Assembly (NCBI GenBank): GCA_947460255.1
Contig: CANHIS010000001.1
Location: forward strand, 12,113-76,112
Source of the DNA: Bacteroidota bacterium
GTDB taxonomy: Bacteria; Bacteroidota; Bacteroidia; M30B66
DNA: 64,000 bases
Direction: 5' to 3'
Shown: piece by piece, positions 9,526 to 18,669 of the stretch
Layout: each line of letters starts with the position of its first letter
How positions within the stretch are numbered: the stretch's first letter is position 1
Notes under the pieces: model-generated
Database searches by the model: none
The model's input: the letters and a program-made list of their open reading frames with translations, nothing else
What the model was told of the DNA's origin: nothing
Position numbers and translations under genes: made by a program

Positions 9526-10188
9526 ATGAACAGATTCAAATCCATTGTCCTTCCACTTTTAGCTTTACTGCTTCCTGCATTTTTACAGGCTTGTGGACAA
9601 ACACCAACAAACCAAACCCTCATGACAACCGATCAGGAACCAATCAACAACGATAACGACACAATCATTCTTGGCGCTGGATGCTTCTGGTGCGTTGAAG
9701 CTGTTTTCCAAGAACTAAAAGGCATAATCAAGGTTGAATCAGGTTACACAGGCGGTCAAACATTAAATCCTACCTACAAAGACATTTGTACAGGAATGAC
9801 AGGCCATGCAGAAGTAGCTCGACTTACTTACGATCCGAAAGTAGTTTCGATGGACGAAATCTTGGAAGTCTTCTGGCAAACACACGACCCAACAACTTTA
9901 AATCGCCAAGGCGCTGATGTTGGAAGTCAATACAGATCTGCAATCTACTACATCAATGATGACCAAAAACGAATTGCAGAAGGCTACAAGGCTAAACTTG
10001 ATGTTTCAGGAGCTTTCGAGAAACCTATCGTTACCGAGATTACCGCTTTTGATGGCAAGTTTTACATTGCCGAAGATTATCATCAAAACTATTACAGTCA
10101 AAATCCTGAACAAGGATATTGCCGCATGGTAATTCAACCCAAAGTGGAGAAATTCAGAAAAGTCTTTCAAGACAAATTGAAGAACTAA
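9526..10188 (+). CDS. msrA: Peptide-methionine (S)-S-oxide reductase MsrA, probably a lipoprotein
   Basis: GAGCFWCVEAVF is the active-site motif. A lipobox-like LLPAFLQAC follows the start MNRFKSIVLPLL. The ORF track extends upstream to 9331, but the signal peptide argues for the start at 9526. Confidence 0.85.
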   Translation: MNRFKSIVLPLLALLLPAFLQACGQTPTNQTLMTTDQEPINNDNDTIILGAGCFWCVEAVFQELKGIIKVESGYTGGQTLNPTYKDICTGMTGHAEVARLTYDPKVVSMDEILEVFWQTHDPTTLNRQGADVGSQYRSAIYYINDDQKRIAEGYKAKLDVSGAFEKPIVTEITAFDGKFYIAEDYHQNYYSQNPEQGYCRMVIQPKVEKFRKVFQDKLKN

Positions 10189-10201
10189 ATTCAGCAACGA
10201 G

Positions 10202-10663
10202 CTATATTAGTTCTTTCACCAAAATCGCATTTGGAAACTCAACATTTCGAATCACTTTTTGGTATTCTTCAACCAACTCGAATCCAAGTTTCACAAGAAG
10301 CGGACGTAGGTAAAGACTTGCGTCCACTTTTACGTGTGCATACCCTTCCTCATGGGCAAAGTCGGATATAATGTTAATCATTCTCGTCGCAATGCCCTTC
10401 CGCTGGAACTGTGGCAATATATAAAGCATCGAAATTTCACCACGAGACGAGAAAGAGATCAAACCGCACAGCGTGTTCATTTCAAAACAAACCAACACAT
10501 GATGTGTACGCAACATATCATCCCAAAATGCAGGGCGAAGTCCTTGTGAAACCCAAGCCGCTCTTTGATTTACAGTGTACCGTTCTGAAGTATTCTCAAC
10601 CGCTAGGGCAAATACACTTGTCATCCCTGCAATATCTCGTTCCTCTGCTTTTCTGATTACCAT
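10202..10663 (-). CDS. GNAT family N-acetyltransferase
   Basis: The acetyl-CoA binding motif QRKGIATRMI lies in a GNAT-like fold pattern. Confidence 0.75.
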   Translation of the reverse strand: MVIRKAEERDIAGMTSVFALAVENTSERYTVNQRAAWVSQGLRPAFWDDMLRTHHVLVCFEMNTLCGLISFSSRGEISMLYILPQFQRKGIATRMINIISDFAHEEGYAHVKVDASLYLRPLLVKLGFELVEEYQKVIRNVEFPNAILVKELI

Positions 10664-10850
10664 TTCAAGCGCAAGGTATCTTCAACATATATGTTATGCT
10701 GAACAGAATACCTTCAAATCTAACCTCACCTGCGTGCTCAGAAATTATGTCTGAGCCAAATAGTAATCGAATTATTATTGAAATCCATGCCGAATGAACA
10801 AACCATTCGTCTAAATGTAGAGATAACTCACCAAATAAACCAAGGCATCA

Positions 10851-12329
10851 CTATGCCGCAGAAGTAACAATTTTAGGCCTGCTAATCAATAACAGCCCTA
10901 GATAGGTTAGCAAACCATTGATGAGCAACAATTCAAATCCGATTTTATAGCCATATAACAATTGCTCCGAATACAAAGTACAGAGATAAGTGAGAATGGG
11001 AGCAAGCACAGCTACAATAGGAACTCCAACCGAATGCACCTTGCGCTTACTCAAAATCCCGAAAGCAAACAAACCTAACAATGGGCCATAAGTATAACCT
11101 GCAGCGGTGAAAATGCCTGTGATTACAGAATCTTTATTGATGAGTTTGAAAACCAAGATGACCAATAGCAAAACCACCGAGAACCCTGCATGTATCAAGT
11201 TTCTACTTCGTAATTTGGAAGCTTCCGATCGATCCAATCGCTTATCGAGACCCAATATATCAATGTAAAATGATGTCGTGAGCGTGGTCAAAACCGAATC
11301 CGCTGACGAAAACGTAGCAGCCGTAATTCCCAACAAAAACACCACCGAAGCAAAAAGCCCCAAGTGATTCAAAGTCAGCATCGGCAAAAAGGTGTCGGTT
11401 TTTGTAGGGACATCAATTCCAGCCTGGCCAGCGTAGATAAACATCAAAGCGCCGAGCGACACAAAAATGAGATTCACAATCACTACAATCACACTAAACC
11501 ACAGAACGTTCTTTTGTGCTTCAGGTAAACTTTTACAACTCAGGTTTTTCTGCATCATATTTTGATCTAAACCGGTCATCACGATAGCGATGAATGCTCC
11601 AGAAATAAACTGCTTCCAGAAATAGAGCTTCGATTTTACATCCCAATTAAACACCTCAGAATATTCGCTCGATACAATTCCTTGAACAGCTTCACTGAAT
11701 GACCAATCAAGTTTATCGATAATCGACCATGCGGTGAGCACTACTCCCAAAAGCAGGAAGAGCGACTGAAAAGTATCGGTCCATATCAACGACCGAATTC
11801 CGCCTTTCAAAGTGTAAAGCAAAATCAGAATAATGATGATGGTTACCGAAACCCAGAACGGAACCCCCATTGGATCGAAAAGAAAAATCTGAAGCACACT
11901 GGCCGAAATGAAAAGTCGATAAGCAGCTCCGATGGTTCTTGAAAGCAGGAAATAAACTGAGCCTGTTTTTTGTGCAGTGAGTCCAAATCTTTCACCCAAA
12001 TACGAATAAATAGATGTGAGATTCATTCGGTAATACATCGGCAAAAGCACTTTGGCAATCACAAAATAACCAACCAAATAGCCCAAAACCACTTGCATGT
12101 AGGCAAAGTGTTTTATGCCAACTTCACCAGGCACAGAAACAAACGTAACGCCCGAAAGCGAATCGCCAATCATACCGAAAGCGACCAAATACCATGGCGA
12201 CGACTTGTTTCCAAGAAAGTAAGAATCTGCATCCGACTTGCGGCTTTTCCACCAGGAAATTCCCATCAGAGACAAAAAGTACAAGCTGATAATTAAAATC
12301 AGCATCACTGGACTAATCACATTCGGCAT
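10851..12329 (-). CDS. Sodium:solute symporter family (SSF) transporter
   Basis: It has about 13 TM segments and an SSF-like N-terminal pattern. Confidence 0.7.
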   Translation of the reverse strand: MPNVISPVMLILIISLYFLSLMGISWWKSRKSDADSYFLGNKSSPWYLVAFGMIGDSLSGVTFVSVPGEVGIKHFAYMQVVLGYLVGYFVIAKVLLPMYYRMNLTSIYSYLGERFGLTAQKTGSVYFLLSRTIGAAYRLFISASVLQIFLFDPMGVPFWVSVTIIIILILLYTLKGGIRSLIWTDTFQSLFLLLGVVLTAWSIIDKLDWSFSEAVQGIVSSEYSEVFNWDVKSKLYFWKQFISGAFIAIVMTGLDQNMMQKNLSCKSLPEAQKNVLWFSVIVVIVNLIFVSLGALMFIYAGQAGIDVPTKTDTFLPMLTLNHLGLFASVVFLLGITAATFSSADSVLTTLTTSFYIDILGLDKRLDRSEASKLRSRNLIHAGFSVVLLLVILVFKLINKDSVITGIFTAAGYTYGPLLGLFAFGILSKRKVHSVGVPIVAVLAPILTYLCTLYSEQLLYGYKIGFELLLINGLLTYLGLLLISRPKIVTSAA

Positions 12330-12442
12330 AAAACAAATCTACCGATCTGAATGAAGTCTTCCAGCGGCTTACGACATCATTTTCAAAGAATGCAATGTGA
12401 ATAGCCCAAAACTTCAACCAAAAGCAAGCAGAACTGTTAACT

Positions 12443-13072
12443 TTGCAGCCTATGCAATCGTTACCGTCGCGTTTATTAGAAGATGCTGTAAATGAAATGT
12501 CTTCCCTTCCGGGGATAGGTAAAAAAACCGCGCTCCGATTGGTGCTTCATCTGTTAAAGAGGGATGCTCAAGAAATTGATCAGTTTTCGGGAGCATTTGT
12601 AAAGCTGAAGCGAGATATCCGCAACTGTGTAATTTGCCACAACTTGTGTGATGAAGAAACCTGCACCATCTGCATCGACAGAAACCGCGACCGATCACTT
12701 TTGTGCGTAGTTGAAGATGTTCGGGATGTTATGGCCCTCGAAAATACTGGTCAATACCGAGGGCTTTACCATGTGTTGGGCGGAATTATTTCACCTTTAG
12801 AAGGTACCGGACCTTCCGACTTAAACATTGAGAGCCTTCTGCAACGCGTACAAACTGGAGAGCCCAAAGAGGTCATCATGGCCCTAAGTGCGACGATGGA
12901 AGGCGACACCACGAATTTCTACCTATTTCGAAAACTCAAAGATTTTACCATAAAATTGAGCACATTGGCACGTGGCGTTTCTGTTGGCGACGAACTCGAA
13001 TACGCCGACGAAGTTACCCTTGGCCGATCAATCCTCAATCGAACACCCTTTGAAAACAACCTCAACCGATGA
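12443..13072 (+). CDS. recR: Recombination protein RecR
   Basis: An HhH motif ([12 protein letters not shown]), a C4 zinc finger ([16 protein letters not shown]) and a Toprim region are present. Confidence 0.9.
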   Translation: MQPMQSLPSRLLEDAVNEMSSLPGIGKKTALRLVLHLLKRDAQEIDQFSGAFVKLKRDIRNCVICHNLCDEETCTICIDRNRDRSLLCVVEDVRDVMALENTGQYRGLYHVLGGIISPLEGTGPSDLNIESLLQRVQTGEPKEVIMALSATMEGDTTNFYLFRKLKDFTIKLSTLARGVSVGDELEYADEVTLGRSILNRTPFENNLNR

Positions 13073-13935
13073 GCGCAGTCAGCATCAAACATTATCTTTC
13101 GCTGGTAAAATTTAGCCATACCGTTTTTGCACTTCCATTTGCAATCATTGGATACTTTTTGGGTGTTGATGCTATTGGAACAACTCCCAACTGGACGCTT
13201 TTCGCAAAAGTTTTGCTTTGCATGGTTTTCGCCCGCTCTGCAGCCATGGGCTTTAACCGCTATATCGACCGTACTTTCGATGAACAAAATGCACGAACAG
13301 CTATTCGCGAAATTCCGGCAGGTGTAATTTCACCCAAATCCGCTTTACTATTTGTGGTTTTGATGTCGCTTGCATTTATTGTTACCACTTGGTTTATCAA
13401 TCCACTTTGCTTTTTTCTTTCGCCTATAGCTTTGGCTGTAATTTTAGGATACAGCATCACAAAACGCTTCACTTGGCTTTGTCATTTGGTGCTCGGAGTA
13501 GGTTTATCGCTTGCTCCAATCGGTGCATATTTGGCTGTTACGGGCGCTTTTGATTGGCTTCCATTGTTCTTTTCCTTTGCAGTGTTGTTTTGGACTGCTG
13601 GCTTCGACATTATCTACGCGCTTCAAGACGAGGAATTCGACCGATCACAACAATTGTTTAGCATTCCAGTTTGGCTCGGCAAAAAGAAAGCCCTCCGACT
13701 ATCAGAGTTCCTGCATGGCATTACAGCTCTCTTTATTCTGGCTGCTGGATTTTATATGCAAGCCGGATTGTTCTATTGGTTTGGTGCGGCTGTTTTTCTA
13801 ACCATGCTTGTTTACCAACATAGCATTGTAAAACCAAACGATTTAAGCCGCGTGAACCTTGCATTCGGCACTACCAATGGAATTGCTAGTGTAGTTTTGG
13901 GTATTTCATACATATTAGAACACTTCATTTCTTAA
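13069..13935 (+). CDS. UbiA-family aromatic prenyltransferase (MenA/UbiA-like)
   Basis: It is polytopic. It has an NRYIDRTFD motif (NxxxDxxxD) and a second aspartate-rich motif ([12 protein letters not shown]). Confidence 0.7.
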   Translation: MSAVSIKHYLSLVKFSHTVFALPFAIIGYFLGVDAIGTTPNWTLFAKVLLCMVFARSAAMGFNRYIDRTFDEQNARTAIREIPAGVISPKSALLFVVLMSLAFIVTTWFINPLCFFLSPIALAVILGYSITKRFTWLCHLVLGVGLSLAPIGAYLAVTGAFDWLPLFFSFAVLFWTAGFDIIYALQDEEFDRSQQLFSIPVWLGKKKALRLSEFLHGITALFILAAGFYMQAGLFYWFGAAVFLTMLVYQHSIVKPNDLSRVNLAFGTTNGIASVVLGISYILEHFIS

Positions 13936-14025
13936 GAATTCAAGGTTAATAAATGACTGAAAACTCTTTGAGAAGCTAATTGCAGGTTTCCTTAACATTG
14001 AGGTTTCCTTCGAAGCTATCTGCAA

Positions 14026-14967
14026 GTGAAAATTGCCATCATCGATATCGGTACGAATACATTTAAGCTCATGATTGCCCGCGTTCATGAAAACGGGCAG
14101 TTTACAGTTATTTTTAAAGAAAAAATTCCTGTTAAACTTGGTGAAGGCGGCATAAACAATCAGGTAATTTCGCACAGTCCATTCTTACGTGGTATTAAAG
14201 CCATGAACACACACAAGGCCACTATCGACCGTTTCGAAGTTGATGAAATTTTGGCCTTCGCGACTTCTGCAATCCGCAGCGCGAAAAATGGAAAAGAATT
14301 CGTTCGGAAAGTTAAAGCCGAAACTGGTATTGCCATCGAGATTATTTCGGGCGATCGTGAAGCAGAGTTGATCTATTACGGCGTTCGGAAGGCGCTCGAT
14401 ATGGGCAAAGAAAAATGTTTGATCATGGACATTGGCGGTGGAAGCACCGAGTTTATCATTGCCGATATGCATCGTATTTATTGGAAACACAGTTTCGATC
14501 TCGGCGCTGCAAGACTGCTGGAAGTGATCAATCCTTCCGAACCAATCACCAAAAGCGAAATCAAGCAGCTGAAAAACCACCTCGAAGAACAAATGAAATT
14601 GTTGTGGGGCGCGTGCGAAATTTATCCTGTAAAAACACTTGTTGGTTCCTCTGGATCATTCGATTCTCTAGCTGAAATGATTTACTACAAGTTTCAAACG
14701 GAAGAAAACCCTTTGGTGAAAACAGAATATAGCTTCGATATGAAACACTTCGAAGCAATGTATAAACTACTGATGAACAGCACGATTGAAAAGCGTTTCA
14801 AAATCAAAGGCCTTGCAGCTATGCGTGTCGAAATGATCGTTGTTGCAGTAGTGATGATCCGATTCGTTTTCAAGCATTTAAACCTCGATGCAATGCGGCT
14901 TTCCACCTATTCTCTAAAAGAAGGAATTCTTTTTGACCATCTTAGGGCATTAAGTGAAAAAGAGTGA
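14026..14967 (+). CDS. Ppx/GppA-family phosphatase (exopolyphosphatase / guanosine pentaphosphate phosphohydrolase)
   Basis: IAIIDIGTNTFKLMIA and DIGGGSTEF are actin-fold phosphate-binding motifs. The start is a GTG. Confidence 0.8.
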   Translation: MKIAIIDIGTNTFKLMIARVHENGQFTVIFKEKIPVKLGEGGINNQVISHSPFLRGIKAMNTHKATIDRFEVDEILAFATSAIRSAKNGKEFVRKVKAETGIAIEIISGDREAELIYYGVRKALDMGKEKCLIMDIGGGSTEFIIADMHRIYWKHSFDLGAARLLEVINPSEPITKSEIKQLKNHLEEQMKLLWGACEIYPVKTLVGSSGSFDSLAEMIYYKFQTEENPLVKTEYSFDMKHFEAMYKLLMNSTIEKRFKIKGLAAMRVEMIVVAVVMIRFVFKHLNLDAMRLSTYSLKEGILFDHLRALSEKE

Positions 14968-14990
14968 CCGCATTGCTGTAAATTTACTGC

Positions 14991-16160
14991 ATGGCAAAAA
15001 TTCTTATAGTTGACGACGAACGGGCCATCCGAAGCACCCTTAAAGAAATTCTGGAATACGAAAACCATCAAGTGGAAGAAGCGCTAGATGGTGCCGAAGG
15101 CTGGGAAAAAATCCAAAAAGATGGCTATGATGTTATGTTAAGTGACATTAAAATGCCAAGGATGGACGGAACGGAGTTGCTTGAAAAAGTACTCGCCGCT
15201 GGAATCGACTGCCAAGTCATTATGATTTCAGGCCACGGAACCATCGAAACTGCGGTAGAATGCATCAAAAAAGGAGCATACGATTTCATCGCTAAACCAC
15301 TCGATCTCAATCGACTGATGATTACTTTGCGCAATGCTTTGGATAAATCGACTTTGATCGAAGAAACCAAAAGCCTTCGAAAAAAAGTAACCAAAAGCGC
15401 CGAAATGATTGGCGAATCTCCTGCAATCCGCAAGGTGAAAGACATGATCGAAAGAGTAGCTCCAACCGATGCCCGCGTGCTAATAACAGGGCAAAATGGA
15501 ACTGGGAAAGAACTTGTAGCGCGATACATCCACGAAAAAAGCAACAGAAATATTTCGCCGCTTATCGAAGTTAATTGCGCTGCTATTCCATCGGAATTAA
15601 TTGAAAGCGAACTGTTTGGCCACGAAAAAGGAGCATTCACTTCAGCTATAAAACAACGAAAAGGGCAGTTCGAATTGGCACACGGCGGCACTTTATTTCT
15701 TGATGAAATTGGAGATATGAGTCTGTCGGCACAAGCCAAAGTATTGCGTGCACTTCAAGAAAACAAAATCACCCGTGTAGGTGGAGAAAAAGAAATTTCT
15801 GTGGATGTGCGCATCATTGCAGCCACCAACAAAAATCTGAAAGACGAAATCGCAAGAGGCAATTTCCGAGAAGATTTATACCATCGCCTCAGTGTTATCA
15901 TCATCGATGTTCCTTCATTGAATGAGAGAATCGAGGATATTCCGATGCTGGCAAGTCATTTTCTACATCAGATTTGCAGCGACTACGGCATTCCTGTTAA
16001 AACCATGCAGCCAGATGCTATAAAGGAACTGATGGAAATTCAGTGGACTGGCAATATCCGGGAATTCAGGAACGTTGTGGAAAGGCTGATCATTTTGGGG
16101 GAAAAGGAAATTAGACGTGAAGATGTGATCAGTTTTGCACGCCACAGTAAACAATCCTGA
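14991..16160 (+). CDS. Sigma-54-dependent response regulator with a REC domain and an AAA+ sigma-54 activator domain. No C-terminal HTH is apparent.
   Basis: A REC domain is present (DDERAIR ... LSDIKMPRMDG). The protein also has a Walker A motif (GQNGTGKE), a GAFTSA motif (variant of the GAFTGA loop) and the FLDEIGDM motif. It ends about 20 aa after the AAA+ domain. Confidence 0.85.
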   Translation: MAKILIVDDERAIRSTLKEILEYENHQVEEALDGAEGWEKIQKDGYDVMLSDIKMPRMDGTELLEKVLAAGIDCQVIMISGHGTIETAVECIKKGAYDFIAKPLDLNRLMITLRNALDKSTLIEETKSLRKKVTKSAEMIGESPAIRKVKDMIERVAPTDARVLITGQNGTGKELVARYIHEKSNRNISPLIEVNCAAIPSELIESELFGHEKGAFTSAIKQRKGQFELAHGGTLFLDEIGDMSLSAQAKVLRALQENKITRVGGEKEISVDVRIIAATNKNLKDEIARGNFREDLYHRLSVIIIDVPSLNERIEDIPMLASHFLHQICSDYGIPVKTMQPDAIKELMEIQWTGNIREFRNVVERLIILGEKEIRREDVISFARHSKQS

Positions 16161-16178
16161 CAATTCTATCCTCAAACT

Positions 16179-17423
16179 ATGATAAGATTCTGTATTCTCC
16201 TTCTACTAGCGTTCAGCACGAGCGCCATCGCGCAGATCAAAGGGAATCTCAGTGCGGGCATTGAATCCTTCACCGCTGGTGAAAACAGAATGAAAGTAAA
16301 CGATTGGAATGGAGCCGTGCTCGATTACTCAAATGCTATTGCTGCAGATCCAAGTTATGCTGAAGCTTACTACAAACGCAGTGTCGCGTTCACAAAACTG
16401 GGTAGATTCAAAGAAGCCATCAACGACCAAAATGAAGCGCTTCGCCTAAATCCGGGCATCTTGAAAATCTACGACGAACGGGCCAAATTAAGAATGCTTG
16501 TAGAAGATTACCCAGGTGCGGTTGCCGATTTTACAAAAGCCATTGAACTTACGCCAATCGTTCAGCCAAGTTTATTATGCCAACAAGCACATGCTCAACT
16601 TGCCGCAGAAGATTATGCAGGCGCAATCTCAACATTTAACGGAATCATCGAACAAAATCCACGCGACACACTTTCATACGTGTTTAGAGCTTTGGCTTAC
16701 CTAAATCTCGACGAACTTGAAAAGGCAGGCAACGATATAGATATGGCGATTCGGTTGAATCCCAAAAACTCTCTTGCTTACGAAGCTCAAGGTTTGCGTT
16801 ATCTCGAAATGAAAAAATTCGACGACGCAATTGCTTCTTTCACCAAAGTAATCAACATCAATCCGCAATTTGCTCTTGCATGGCACAATCGTGGAATTGC
16901 ATACAAGTTAAAAGGAGAAAACGACAAAGCCGATAAAGACCTTACCAAGGCCATTTCTTTGGATCAAAATCTTAAATCCACTTACTTCAGCAGGGCATTG
17001 ATTCGCAAACGCATGGGCGAAACAGAAGAATCTCTCAAAGATTACAACAACGCTTTAGCGCTCGACAAAGAATACACGCAAGCATTTTTCTATCGTGGAA
17101 TGGTGAAGAAAACATTGGGAGATTACCAAGGTGCAATAAATGATTTTGACGAGTCTATTCGGATCAATCCAAATGATGCTCAAGCATTTAACAACCGTGG
17201 CAACGTGAGAATGTTATTCGGAGATTACTCTCTGGCTGTGCAAGATTACGATCAAGCAATTAGATTGCACGAAGATTATGGAATTGCCTATTTTAACCGA
17301 GGAATTGCAAAGCTCATGCTCCTGAAAAGAGATTCAGCTTGCGACGATTTTAAACAAAGTGAACAATATGGATATGGAGCAGCAGCTGAAACCATCCGCG
17401 ATTTTTGCACACTGCAGCGTTAA
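16179..17423 (+). CDS. TPR-repeat protein with a signal peptide
   Basis: It contains many 34-aa repeats with an AxxYxxRGxAxxxxGxxxxAxxDxxxAxxxNP pattern. Confidence 0.8.
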   Translation: MIRFCILLLLAFSTSAIAQIKGNLSAGIESFTAGENRMKVNDWNGAVLDYSNAIAADPSYAEAYYKRSVAFTKLGRFKEAINDQNEALRLNPGILKIYDERAKLRMLVEDYPGAVADFTKAIELTPIVQPSLLCQQAHAQLAAEDYAGAISTFNGIIEQNPRDTLSYVFRALAYLNLDELEKAGNDIDMAIRLNPKNSLAYEAQGLRYLEMKKFDDAIASFTKVININPQFALAWHNRGIAYKLKGENDKADKDLTKAISLDQNLKSTYFSRALIRKRMGETEESLKDYNNALALDKEYTQAFFYRGMVKKTLGDYQGAINDFDESIRINPNDAQAFNNRGNVRMLFGDYSLAVQDYDQAIRLHEDYGIAYFNRGIAKLMLLKRDSACDDFKQSEQYGYGAAAETIRDFCTLQR

Positions 17424-18666
17424 CTGGTTACTGCTGCTTTTTTTAATAATTGGCTTCAATGCATCATCGCAACAGAAAAAAATATTGTGGGTAGGCAATA
17501 GCTACATTGGAACCAATAATCTTCCATTGGTATTCTATAACCTCGCAATTTCGGGCGGCGACACAGTGCAGTATGATTCCAATACGCCCGGCGGTGCAAC
17601 GCTACAAAATCACGCGAACAGCGCCATCACGCAACAAAAAATCCAGTCGCAACCTTGGGATTTCGTTGTAGTTCAAGCTCAAAGTCAAGAACCTTCCTTT
17701 TCGCCAAATCAAGTTCAAAGTCAAACTTTACCATTTGCTGCCGATCTGGACAGTATGATCAGAGCCAACAATTCTTGCTCAGAAACGGTGTTTTATATGA
17801 CCTGGGGAAGAAAATATGGCGATCAAACAAATTGCCCAAACTACCCGCCATTGTGCACTTTCGAAGGCATGAATAACCGTTTACGTAGTTCTTACAAATT
17901 AATGGCAGATCAAAACCAAGGGATCGTGGCTCCAGTTGGGCCTGCTTGGAAAAACTCTTGGTTTGCCGACAGTACAATTAACCTTTGGGTAAGCGACAAT
18001 AGCCACCCAAGTCCTTCGGGAACTTACCTCACGGCTTGCGTATTTTACTCAACATTTTACCGCAAATCTCCAGTGGGTTTCCCCTACACTGCCGGCTTAA
18101 GCGCTGATGTTGCATCGTATCTCCAAGAAGTAGCTTGGAACACCGTAAATGATAGTTTAGAGACTTGGAACATTGGACGTTGGGACCCACAAGCTGGCTT
18201 TAACTATAACATCGATGAAGCAAGTGTTGACTTCAATCAAACAAGTCTATATGCCACTTCAAACTTGTGGAACTTCGGAGATGGCAATACTTCACCTTTG
18301 GTAAATCCAACCCATACTTTCAACGGCCCTGGAAACTACACGGTATCTCTGATAGCAAGCGGTTGCGGCCGTTCCGATACCCTCACTGAGCAAATCAGCA
18401 TCAATACAACTTCAATCACCGAAAAGGTGAAAGACATCGACTGGAGAATTTTTCCAAATCCATCCACACGCGATGTGATGATACAGGCTGAAGATGTTAC
18501 CACTTTTAAAATTGAAGTGTATGGTCCTGACGGTAAACTAGCTAAAAGAAAAAGTGAAACAGGTCGTTTGATAAAACTCGATTTCTCAGATCTTCCAGCA
18601 GGAATTTACCAAGTGTATTGCTACGGTAACGGGAGTTCGAGAATCTTCCGATTGATGAAAGAGTAA
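17359..18666 (+). CDS. T9SS-secreted protein. It has an SGNH/DUF4886-like hydrolase domain, a PKD domain and a type-A C-terminal sorting domain.
   Basis: A signal peptide is present. KILWVGNSYIGTNNLP is an SGNH block-I-like motif. The PKD-like segment is WNFGDGNTSPLVNPTHTFNGPGNYTVSLIASGCG. The C-terminus (IFPNPSTRDVMIQ ... AGIYQVYCYGNGSSRIFRLMKE) is a TIGR04183-like CTD. Confidence 0.75.
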   Translation: MNNMDMEQQLKPSAIFAHCSVNWLLLLFLIIGFNASSQQKKILWVGNSYIGTNNLPLVFYNLAISGGDTVQYDSNTPGGATLQNHANSAITQQKIQSQPWDFVVVQAQSQEPSFSPNQVQSQTLPFAADLDSMIRANNSCSETVFYMTWGRKYGDQTNCPNYPPLCTFEGMNNRLRSSYKLMADQNQGIVAPVGPAWKNSWFADSTINLWVSDNSHPSPSGTYLTACVFYSTFYRKSPVGFPYTAGLSADVASYLQEVAWNTVNDSLETWNIGRWDPQAGFNYNIDEASVDFNQTSLYATSNLWNFGDGNTSPLVNPTHTFNGPGNYTVSLIASGCGRSDTLTEQISINTTSITEKVKDIDWRIFPNPSTRDVMIQAEDVTTFKIEVYGPDGKLAKRKSETGRLIKLDFSDLPAGIYQVYCYGNGSSRIFRLMKE

Positions 18667-18669
18667 TCG

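Noticed and set aside
10731-10755. Perfect 7-bp hairpin (GCTCAGA-aattatg-TCTGAGC) downstream of the symporter gene
   Set aside because: No U-tract follows on the relevant strand. It is too short to call a terminator or regulatory element with confidence.
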